Shown here: piece by piece, positions 13,001 to 24,985 of the stretch
How positions within the stretch are numbered: position 1 is the stretch's first letter
Layout of the letters: each line of letters opens with the position of its first letter
From: Tubiluchus corallicola
Taxonomy: Eukaryota; Animalia; Priapulida
Assembly: GCA_030141605.1 (NCBI GenBank)
Contig: JAQGDQ010000134.1
Coordinates: forward strand, 62,001-126,000
Direction of reading: 5' to 3'
DNA: 64,000 nucleotides
Notes under the pieces: generated by a model
Told to the model about the DNA's origin: nothing
The model's database searches: none
What the model saw: the letters and a program-made list of their open reading frames with translations, nothing else
Translations under genes and position numbers: made by a program

Positions 13001-15264
13001 TAATAGAGGTCTTTGTTTGTATAACAGAAAGAAGTAGTTGAACGACTTCCACAGAATACGAAGTTGCCAACATTCACGGTTTTGCGCGCCCAAACTGTTT
13101 TCGAGCGTGTGGCGGTTCCAGATTTTCAACTATGTGAAGTTTTCCAACTAAACGTTGCAAAACTATTGATTGAAGACTGTATATATATATAGTGTCATTG
13201 TAAACGTATTTATGTAAACTGAACAATTATAAATGTTTGTGCTAAACTGAAAACTTTTCTGTGGTTTAAATTTCAAACTAACCTTAGTTTTTCGTATTCT
13301 GCCACTAATATTTGCTGGCAATAAACGGTTGTTGCTTCGCCTTCTTGTTCCGAAAATGCCTCTAGAATGCCAATATTGGACGTTTTGTCGACTTAACGAA
13401 AGCAACTAATTAACAGTTGACAGTGGTGTTAAGTTTACCAACCAATATCTTTTTAGAGATCAAGAAATTGATCCGTCTATAGTCGATACCCGAGTATAGG
13501 GATTTTGTTCCACGTTTTTCTTGGTGTTATTTGTTTTTGGCGCTTTTAGAGAATTACTTAAATTTGCTCAGAGATAAAATAAGATAGATTTGGTTAGGTG
13601 TAGAACCAAGGAACTGTGACTGACGACCGCAAAGGTGCCTTAAAGTGGCTTGATTTTTCTCTTGGTTGCCTAGCTGTAAGAAACCACATAAAATAACATC
13701 CTTTCCATTTTAGTGGGATATTTGCTTCAAGCGCTCCTATCACTCAATTGACTAACTTGCAATTATGGGTCTCTAGTGGGACTACAACTTTCAAAGAGTT
13801 CCTCCTCGCGGTACAAGAGCTTTTTCTTAAAACTGCAAAAAAACGTCAACCAGTGTTTTATAATTGATTTGGTTTGCTTTTGATTTGATTTAAAATTCAT
13901 TTATCTCCATTGAATAAATATACAATAGAAACATTAACCGAAATACTGGTACAGATAGTTAGTTACAATTGTTAGTAATAAAGATAGTTCCTTATTTAAG
14001 CAAAAACAATTTTTCTCGCTTGTTTCTTTATCTAATCATAAAGCAGACCGGGTAAAACCGTAAAGAAGGGTGGAAAATGTATAATAATATATATAATGAT
14101 GATGATTGTGTTGACGACATTTTAGCAGCTGGTAACTCTAGTAGAACTCTAGCAGCAGAATCCCTGATGCCTGTAGTAGATGCCAGTTAGGCTGGTTCAA
14201 TGTGCATGACTTCTATTCGCTATACTGATTCTGACAGTTCACCTCATGGAGTTATTTTCACTGAAAAGGATGTGTGCAACGTGAACAAGACGCCTCTGCC
14301 GGTCCAGTGTCCCATCTTAGAGGACTAGCCTTGATAGTGAGCTGGGATCCGGTCTTGCCACAACCACAACTTCCACATTAAGCACGTTTTCCCATTGAGT
14401 GGGGAATGCCAGTTTGCCGTGTGCCAAACAATGAAAAAATGCCTTTCAGCTTAAAAATGTCCCCAAAATAGAAAAGATTATAATGTCTTGTTTTATTATT
14501 GATGCCGTATTATTGCTACCTGGGTAACTTCCTACATAGTCATCAGTCAGTTGCTTTTACTTGATGATCTAATCTACGCGCAGGTGTTTATACTTGACAG
14601 GTGAATCAATGGGTTAGCTCATTAGTCAAAACATTAGCATCCACTGCGCTGTGTTTAAAATTAGACGCATTCCGAGACACGGCAATTTTTTCATCAAAAA
14701 TCACTTAGAAATGTGAAAGTCCTTCCAGATTTTTTTAGTTTGCTTTGAAGTAGACGAAAATGGCAGCCCGTATGCGTGGATGAGAGACGAGAGATGGAGA
14801 AATAATGATGTAGATTGTACGTTATAGACGACAAAAACGTGTCTTCTAACATGCATAGTGCATTGTAACGCCATTTGTTCTTGTCGATATGCTAGGTGTA
14901 TAACTTCTACTGTCACACTGGTGCATTTTGGTAAGCAGTTTTGCAAAAAATTTACCTGTTGCAAAACAATGCGTGACACCTTTAGATTAACACGTTTTTT
15001 GTTTGTTTGTTTGCGTGTTTGTTTGCTTGTGCATATGTACGTTCATTCGTTGAGTTTCGTTGTTCACTGTTTTGTTCCTTCAAGCATCACAATCCGTTTG
15101 TTTGTTTTTTTTGTTCCTTCGTTTTTATTTGTTCATCCACCCTCATGTTAACTGTTTTCGTTAGTTCATTTCATTCTGTTTTTGTCCTTCTTGCTTTCAT
15201 TGTTTATATTCTATAGTGTGTTCCTTTATTCATACGCTCAGCTGTTTTCTTTTTTGCTTAAGTA

Positions 15265-15460
15265 TTCATTCATTCATATATTCATATTTATATTCATGTT
15301 CATTCATTCATTCACTCACTCACTCACTCACTCACTCACTCACTCACTCACTCACTCACTCACTCACTCACTCATTCATTCATTCATTCATTTATTCGTT
15401 CGTTTGTTCATTCATTCATTCACTCAATACGTTATTCACTGACTCACTCATTCATTCATC
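15265..15460. repeat. Compound (ATTC)n/(ACTC)n repeat
   Basis: Direct reading. Confidence 0.95.
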
Positions 15461-16388
15461 CCGTTATCCTTTGTTGACTTTTTTCACTCTGCAGTGTGTC
15501 ATTCGAATCAAGGGACTGTGCGGAATGAGTTAAGTTCTCTTTGCCCTGTCTACCTCCTCGAAATGTGGACATCTGCATAAGTGATTAAAATTCACACACG
15601 GTAAGGGAGCGTCTTTGAGACATGGCGGCGATAGTTTAAATATGACGAATTATTTTTAAGAGTTTCCTTTATTTAAGGCGGCACACAGCATGCCGTCAAT
15701 AAAGCATAAGTGTTTCACACGTGTAGATAATAATTACACATAAAAACTCGTAAATTTTTTATGCATTTTTTTAAATTTAACTTTTACGGTTTATGCCACT
15801 TGCAGTCAGCGAGGCATCTTGTGTGGTTTGTAATAGTTTCTTATAACTTGTAATTTCCCACCTTTCTTGGTTGCGTAATTCTTGGCACTCGTTCAGCGAG
15901 CGATCAATAGGTTTCTGTTTGCTCGGTGAGAAAACAAAAGTGAATTTACTGAGAATATGTGAAGTTTATGGTCTGTTTAACCAGAAGTCATTATTACACA
16001 GTTACAGGTAAGAGCTGTTTATAGAGTTACAGGTAAAATCGTGATGTTTGACGAATTCGACGACTCCCACGCTACGTATGTAACTGATAAAGGTGGATTT
16101 ATAGGTAGTTTTGTCTATATGGATAGATATTAGGTAGGTTAGGTGCTTCAATAAACGTTTGGATGTGACTAGAAATCATTCTGGAGAATTAATGCAAATT
16201 GCCATCTGCTTTTGACCTAGTATCACGCGTGACCTAGTTTCTATTTTCAATGTACAAACACTTGTATTAGATTAAATTAGAAAATATTTAGATAGATAAA
16301 GAAATAAAATTGAAATAAAAATACGCAAATGAGTAGTAGTTGAGTGTTTATCCAGTTATCTAATTATATACAATTGTAATTACATATT

Positions 16389-16775
16389 TTAAACGGAAAG
16401 AAAAGGCAACTTTGAAGTATGTCCTAAACAATTTTAATGTTACCTGGCATTACATTTACCTGCATCAACTTCCCCGTCACCAAAAAACGTATTTTTTAAC
16501 TTTATTGACAAGATATTGTAATCTATACTTTTACTTAATTAGTGAAGTGCTACGAATGCCCTGATTCTTTTTTTAAACTTTACGCAATACAGCTAAACTT
16601 GTTCGAATGACTTACTTTCAAAATGGCTGCGCCAACGGTCATCGCGGGAATTTAAATTTTCAAGTTTTTTACGAGCTCTGTGCGCAATAAGGCAATATGT
16701 AAGTGATACAAATTTCAAGACGGATTTTTTCTCTTTATGTAAGTAAAGGGTTGTCTTGGGCTTCAAACATTTTTC
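16389..16775 (+). mobile_element. Dispersed non-autonomous DNA element, copy A (TTAAAGG-type end, Kolobok-like)
   Basis: Shares colinear blocks (AAGTATGTC, GTGCTACGAATGCC, AAACTTTACGCAAT, AAAATGGCTGCG, TCATCGCGGGA, GTAAGTGATACAAA) with 34612-34980 and/or 37520-37990. Superfamily inferred from the terminus only. Confidence 0.65.
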
Positions 16776-19479
16776 TGTTGACACTAACATGAAGACAATT
16801 TCGAAACGTTAAAATCGATTTGTACTCGAGTGTGTTAGTGAACAATAAATGATCGAGTTTTCAGTGATTGTTGCACTTCTAAGCTAAGATTCCCAATTGA
16901 TTGACGTAATATTCAAAAGTATTACTACATTTATCAGAAGCTTTATCAAACCGAACTTGACCGAACTGTACAGCACTCATCCATCCGGCCAATTTCTTTG
17001 ATGCGCCGACTGCCGAACATGAAGATAGGGCGAGATGTCGTAAAATTTGCGAGGGTATGACCGTTTTCACATAAACGCGCTTTTTACGCACTCACATCGA
17101 GTTTATAACTGCGTTTAATTGTCGCATCGCCGGCAATTAATATGGAGCAAGTTCTCAGCGAGTCGCAGAACAACTGGTTTAACTTTGCATTTTGTAGTGC
17201 TTAAAATTTTTGTTACTTAATTAAGGCAAGAGTTACAACAGTGCTAATCAATCTACATTAATTATTATGAATTCAGATTCTTCGTATGAGCTCTGGAATT
17301 CAGCTAGTCCACAACCACCACCGGTTTATCCATTGATAATTTCCGATTCTTTCCTAGTGCATGGTGACGTCATTTTTGGCTTGATCCCTAGCAGAAGCCA
17401 CTGTTGTAACTCATTGTCGCGGCAACGAATTTTGCATTACAGATGGTTCGAATATGTAGACTTAAAAATCGCAATAATGGCGTTCCACTCCAGGTGTTGA
17501 TATTAGGAACTAACGGCTGTATTAAACGCAAAACATTACTCTATACATAAATATATGAGAGCAAGACTATAGTTGCTTCTAGTTGTAAAATACTTAGCTT
17601 TTTATGATTATACACCCAATCATACCAACATAATCGTTTCGTTCAGGATAACCATCTAGAAATGCTCTAGTTTTGATATGGATTCTAGGAACCTACTTAT
17701 CTCACAACCCTAATACAGAAAACAGCTTGTTTATGGCAAATAAAAATGGAAAAATTATACAGGCCCATGTAAACTTACATATAGGCCTAGGTCTGTAAAG
17801 TTCAGTTTAAAGTTCTGCAAAGTGACATTCACAACCAGAGTAAATTAGCTCATTGTTACCTATGTAGTTGGAGGAGGATAGGAAGGCGCCGCCTATTGGC
17901 CGGATAGCATACAGATAAGTGCCGAAAACGACGGGAGATCAAAGAATCCGACAATGACGGTATTGTCTGGTTTTCTTCTTCGATACTGCTCAGGTTTGTT
18001 TACAAGATGTTTAGATCACATTCAGTCCTAATGGAGGAATTATCAGTCGTCATCAGAGCCGAGTTAGCGCGTTTGGTGTATGCTAGATTTGGTGGTTTAT
18101 GGAATCATTGGCAAAATGTGTTTAAGGGAGTACTTCAAAGCTTTTGTAATTAGGCTGTTACAGTGTTCCGTGTGTATATAAGGAAATGAAATTATAATAA
18201 TTTTTAATTTCAGTTAGTCCGTCAGTCAAACTATAGTAACTTTTGTTCGAAAGCTACTTTTACATGCAACGATGTTCAGTAATTTTTAATTCTGTTATGA
18301 AATCTAAATAATCTGATCCAAACTCTCGTTTCAACATGCAGTTTGCCGCCCCTTTCGACGAGCAGAACTCTGACTATGATTTATATGTTTATGATTCGCG
18401 AAACGTTTCGTAACATAATAAACTTATACAATTATTGAAAATAATAATAAATTGAAGAGATTGCTAGGCAGTTTATAAGCAGGAATCAGACGCAGACTGT
18501 CTGGCAAAAATCCGCAGAACGGAGACTGTTAAAGTTTTTATTGCGATTGAAACAGCTCTACGTTCAGCTGTTCAATATGGCCAGTTTCAATTCATTAATT
18601 TCATTAAACCGTAATAAACCTTAAAGGAAAAAAGGATGATTTTTCATATACCACCCAATTTTCAAGTCTGACAAAAAGCATACGTTTTAACACAATTAAT
18701 ACTGCAAAAGCATTTCTGATAATTAAATAATAAATTAAAATCTTAATTAACGGCTGGCGAGCGCAACTATTGATGACATCACAAACATATCATTTTTTGT
18801 TTAAGAGTTGACCAAGTTTATGTATAAATTTTCGTTTGTTTGTTTGTTTAAAATTACAATTACAAATTACAACATTAAAATTACATATGTTTGTTTCGTT
18901 TTACACAGCATTAAAACAATGGCTAAAAATTTTCTGAAGCAGCACCCCACTAATTTTAAATACGCGCCGTCACTACGAGCCGTCACTAGAGATTCTAGCA
19001 CTAGCTATTACTTTTTGAGACTTATTAAAATGCTTGCAAGTCTTATTCGAAAAACTATCATATTTGGGACTGTAACTACAGAGTTTATTTATGGAGACGA
19101 ATTTGAAACTAGATATAACCCACTTATAAGTTACAACGAGCTTCTGGTTATTACAGTGAATTTGAAAGTCCTGCTAAAATCTTAGACTTAAATAATAATA
19201 ATCAGAAATAAGTTTCTGAGCTGCTTCATTACTTATCAAACATCGACTAAGTTTGATAAATAGATTTCTGTTCTAGTCTGTTGTCAAAGAATACATCTGT
19301 TGTAGGCAGCTAGAAATTTATTATAAAAAAATCTGCCTTCAAAATAGGTAAATACAGTAATTAGTATATCAAACTGACTCTAGGTATTACGTTTTACTAT
19401 TACCAATTTCCGCCATCTGATGAATTTGAAGATTGTCGGACTCTATCCACAGTCCACTTCTCACACAGCTTCGTCTTGC

Positions 19480-19615
19480 TGTGTGATCTGCACATGTGTC
19501 GCTGCGGCTTCTCCCGTCGCCCGCTAGGTGGCCAGATATATCAGCGCTTACCCAGGAGCGCATTCTTCGAGACTCAGTCGTCTGTTACGCGTGGTGGTGT
19601 TCAGTTTGGGAGATT
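19480..19615 (+). promoter_or_regulatory. Candidate core promoter/TSS of Ror
   Basis: GC/CpG-rich patch about 1.45 kb upstream of the ATG, with initiator-like TCAGTC (19574-19579) and a CTCF-like motif (19521-19534). Motif-only evidence. Confidence 0.35.
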
Positions 19616-21030
19616 GACAGTTAGTGCATATCACATGGGTATTATTGAATCTAGTCAGATCATGAAAAGACTTGTTAAGTGATGGATTGAGCCTTTAAGT
19701 TATTTATCGTTTGTGATCGAGTAAGATTTGATGTGATATAATTGTGCAGAATTTTCACAAGTTGGCATGCACTGTCGTGAGAATTTTTATTCGGAGTCGT
19801 CAGAGGTGTTTAAATTTGTTGCAAGGATTTTGACGTGTTTACAAGGGCTTAGTCGAATTTTGAAGAGTTAATTGTAAATCGTTGGCATTTTGCTTCAGAA
19901 CTGCTCCTTAGCCTCTCCGTTTGAAGGAAACTTTAAAATTTCTTAACTATTTACATCAGTCAAACTTGATACTACGAAATTTTGAAGTGTTAATATTCGA
20001 CAAAATTTATGAGCGTGACTGAGACTACCGCAAAATAGATCGCAAAAAAGAATTTTTTGAATGTTTAAATTGCTGGTAAAGGTGATAGTTACACATCAGA
20101 TTCAATCTTGATCGCTTATTATTAAATTTGAACATTCAAACGTTTGGATATTTATATACTGTGAAGCTTAGGTCAAGTATCTACATTGTTTGCAACTTAA
20201 AGCGGCTGACGTAGGTTGAAGATTATCCGTACTGCTGTATTAGAATCGTTGCCGGGTAAGGTTAATCCAACTCCCAACCGCTTTGTTCGTGAAATTTGTC
20301 CGCTTCGGCTCGATTGGTGCTCGACAAATGAGAGATTATGTAATTAGCTGAGTGGAAAGTACTAATTCAAGCAGTACATATAGAATTAGTCTGAGAAACG
20401 ACGTGTGTTATTGATGTTACCAGCTGTTATAGCGGTATACGTGCTAGTTTGTCACTAAGCTTATGAACCATATTGATTAACTATTATTATTATTATATAC
20501 CTGGCTTCTACGTACTATTCATAGTATCGATACTCGTGAGGTTTTATCGTATGAGCCTTGACACTTTCATTGGTAAAACAGTTACACTTACAGTATAGCT
20601 GTCTCAGACAAGTACAGAAGGCGGCAAGAACAAATGCACCATCGTAAATTTTTTACCGCAAATTAACGCTTTATTTCACTGCATTTGAAACCTAGTTGGA
20701 CTGAGCAGTTCTTGCCGAAAATTTGTCTTTTTCGACAAAACGATTTGAGCGAAGTTGTAAATTTCACGGAACTGACAACAACGTTACGAAGAAAATTCAG
20801 CAAGATCGTAAACCTGGTACAGTTCATAACAAAAATCCCCCTTAATCTGTACTGTTCTGGCGCGATAGTGTGAGTGACCTAACATATCCTACATTGTACA
20901 TTGCTTTTCTAACAGTACCAGCTATTTTCACTCCTCGCCTGACTTTCTATCATTAAAGAAAGCATGTTAATTGCTGCTCGCTCATAAAGGATTTATTTTC
21001 TTAAGTGATTTTAAACTGCAAGCTATTACA

Positions 21031-21079
21031 ATGCCATGTTTATGGTTGTGTCTGCTAGTCTATGCCCTTCTGTCCACAG
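21031..21079 (+). CDS. Ror: Ror-family RTK, first coding exon (signal peptide MPCLWLCLLVYALLST)
   Basis: ATG in ACAATG context with an in-frame upstream stop at 20968-20970. Encodes 16 mostly hydrophobic codons and ends at a consensus donor CAG|GTGAGT. Its phase 1 end joins exon 42417 to give ...LLSTARC-K, a plausible signal-peptidase site. Linkage to the downstream exons is inferred from phase, not from transcripts. Confidence 0.72.
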
Positions 21080-24000
21080 GTGAGTAACTAAGACTTGCTA
21101 TAATACTGGATTACGGTACCTGAGTAGCTCGTTTAGCAATTTGGTGATTTATGATGATCTTATGACCCTGAACCTGGTGTGCTTTAATGCCAAGTTAGCC
21201 TAAGAAAAAATTGGTATAAATTTAAAGCACGTTTGTTGGTCCATTACCTATATCCATAATGTAGTACAGTTTTAATATGATTTATCAACTAAAAACAAAA
21301 CCTGAATTTTGTTAGCCAAAGTTAATTTATGTTAATATTTTGTTTAAAGTTAATTTATTTTAATGTATCTGAAATTGTGACTTGTGACGTTTATATTGAC
21401 GAATATTGTCATTATTGAAATATGTTTTGTTGAGTCGGCAAAAACTCGTCAAATTTATTCGTGTTATTACAGAACGTATGATTTACAACCATCTAATGCG
21501 AAATGTTTATTAAATGCGCCGCTTGCGTTTATATCAGCATAAGATCAAAATTTTTGACGTTTGGCAATCGTGTAAACAAACTGCAACTTGACTCTTTCTT
21601 CATTTCGCAGCGTTCGTTCTGTTTCTGACTCATATGATCAATATAAATCCGGCGTTTATAGTTTTATGACACGGGTTTATATACACTCAGCTTCTTAAAC
21701 CTATATAATATCTTAAAGCTTAACCAGATCACTGAGAATTAGAGGAGTTTATTATCTCTGAAGCACGTGCGGGTCTGCAAGACTAAATTTTTTAATGTTT
21801 TATTAATAGACTTGTCTGTATGATTTATTAATGAAAGCCTGTACTTAAACCTTTACACCTTTAGTTTTCAAAAACAGGCCTGTTCGTATTTACGTCTGAT
21901 ATAAAAACGAGAGAATTAAAAAATTTAAGATGTTTTGTGTGAACTATAATAAACAAGTACTGTAGTATTTACACGCATTGGTACAGTACAGTATCCTTCG
22001 TTATAATTATACAGGCTGTTTCCAAAGAAACAGTGTATTAAACGTTACTAAGCACTCAGTATTAAATTAAGCAAGGTCCAAGAAATGTGGTCACACGCCA
22101 TTTTTTATAGTAGGAGAAATGACATTATAAGCAAATATAATAATTTTTTACGCGATAATGATGTCATAAAGCAGAAGTCTCGATTCATTGTATTTTCGTT
22201 TTATTCGGTATATCGGCATATTTTTGCTGCACTATGAGTTTTTAGAACACTCTGTACTATTTCATTTTTTATTTATATAATTAATTCTGTAATTATATTT
22301 TAATTTAAATTTATTCTATCCGTTAAACCCCTGTATGAATCTACAATATGTAAACAAATACATGTATTTATAATACTGTAATTTTTGCGTAGTTCATCTA
22401 TTAATTTTTCTAGATAGGCCTACGCAATTTAGTCCTTTTCATTAAATTATTATTATTATCAGACTTGTGCCCAGAGCACAACTCTACACATTTATTATAC
22501 AGAGTTAATTTACTGTTTGTACAACTTGCTGAACCCGAAGGAATTCGAACGTTGTTGTTTTACGCGCATTTTATAAATCCAGCCAATTTAACATTTGCAT
22601 TAGAAAACATGGCGAAATTTTCTCGCAAGTTTTCGTAGGACAGAGAAAACTTGACAAGTCTCTGAAACTGTAAGAACAACAAGCTTTGACGCTAACACGC
22701 GTCTAGAAAAATACGCCCGGGTTCTCTGTTGTATTGACCCATTTAAAATTGTGTGGTGGATGCGCAAATCCTGAGAGTGAACGCGTATCGCTCGTAAGCT
22801 TATGAAAATCGTGTAAGCTAAGTTTATAGCGTGAATCGTTTTGAATTTGGAAGCACGTGAATATTGTTCAATAATATTGTTGATTATTAATCTGTGAAAG
22901 AAAAGATAAACTATACTATACTAAATTCAACCAGTTTTTTCAGTGTCATTGCCGTCTTTTAAAGGTTTAAAGGCATAAAAATCAATAATAAGCCTACTCA
23001 AATGTTCGTTACATTGCATGATTTAAATATGCGAAATAATTCTATAATTTACAAATGCTGTAAACGAGAATGGAGAAAAGTTAAATTCAAGATTTAATTT
23101 AAAATTTGGAAGCTAGAAGTAAGTTTTGAACAATGGCAATCTATGAATATCAAAACTTAGAATATTATTATCGGCAATAAGCATCAACATTTTAGTTATA
23201 CATATTTAGAACAATTAGAGCAAAAAATATGCCATTGTAACTTAGCTTTTCATTTGCTATATACCACAGTACTTGAGTGTATTTTCAATTTTTCTAATAG
23301 CTTATACTTTTTTCTGTACAAATACGCCAAGTATTTAGAACATCTAAGAATTTATCTAACACAGTACAGCAAATTAATCTAAAAGTAATGTATTGACTAA
23401 AACAAATTGATTTATTAAATTTAAGGGCCCAGAACGTTAGTATTATTTTATGAAGTTAAATTTGGAAGCAGTATTATGTTTAGTTAACAATTATGTGTTG
23501 CTTTATTTATATAATCTGCTAATAAGTGTAGGGGATGTAGTACTTTCTACTGTGTAGATGCCTGATACGTACGCATCATTCTAAACAAATTGTCGGTCAC
23601 TTTACAAGTTTACCTTGGCGTTAATAAGCAGTATTAGTATTTAGTAATCATCATTATCATCATTAATAGAATACTGAGCTTTTTAAACATGTCTGACTAA
23701 CTAGTATATTACCTAACAACGTTTGTAATGGAAGGCATTTATTAAAAATGAAATGTACTTCTGCTGCGTGTTCACTCACCCAGGCGTCAGCATTGTTCAG
23801 TAGTCAACAGTGTTAATTTGGCAATCACAGCTTAGCTCATGAAATGGAATATTAATGTTATGATGTCGACTAGTCATAAAACGCTCCATAAAACACTTTA
23901 ACAACTAATTAATCATTGGGAATTGCATTGATAATAATCAAAGCTAGACAAACGTTTTTATTCACGTAGCCAAGAGTAAGTAATTTAAATGAATTTAATA

Positions 24001-24946
24001 CAAAATATAGCTTTTTTTATTAAATACAAAATATTTGGCACAAAATATAATATTTTTGCGTTATTAATTAGTATAATATAACACAGCATATTAATATATA
24101 ATTATAATATTAATATTATTATTATAATTAATATTATTTTAAATTGTGGAGGTAAGTGTAGTTTCAAATGCTAACTATAATAATAATAGTATAGGTGAAA
24201 TTAGGTGCATATTAGTAGAAATAGTGAACGTCTACTCTAGTACACCACAAATAGTTGGCGAGGTGCTTGGAGGCTGTATATAAATAACAGTTACAGTTCA
24301 GGAATTGCATAAAAATTAGCCCAGTTGATTGGTTGATAAGATGTATGTTTCCAAGCGATTTTATACTATAGCCTCCTGTAGAAACTAACCTAAACTGCAT
24401 TTTTTGACTTGTCCAAAACTTGGAGCTTTCCTAGATGCTCGAATGAATTCTTAAAAATTTTCTAAATTCTGTCTGCCAGTAACTTTTCAAGTATTTAACG
24501 GATTTGGACCAATGATCACCAATTGATAGAAGACAAAAGTCAGGTTTTAGACAAAAGCAGAAACAGCCATCCAACAAAATTGCAAAAACGCTAAAAATTT
24601 ACAACTTTTCAATAAATTTAAAGTCAATCAGAACAACGTGCCAGCATTCCTTTTATGAAATAATCACTTCACGATCAGTGATCGATCAGTAAAGCGATCA
24701 TATGGCAGCACGTCCCACTGCATTCATGTGAAAGACTGAACGCACCTGGCATAGTGGCACGGCAATACCCCAACCACATGCTAAAAAGGGAGACTTGCAG
24801 TTGGTTTGAATGACAGTTTCTGGCTTATGACTTGTTTTATAACTTCCCTATTTATGTGCTGAGTTGAGTTGATGAATTGTTAGTTAGTAACATAAAATTA
24901 GAAACTTGAATCCAACTTTTGTTCAATTGTTCAATTCAAGTGACAG

Positions 24947-24985
24947 TGATGATGATGGTGATGATGATGATGATGATGATGATGA
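24947..24985. repeat. (GAT)n microsatellite
   Basis: Direct reading. Confidence 0.9.
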
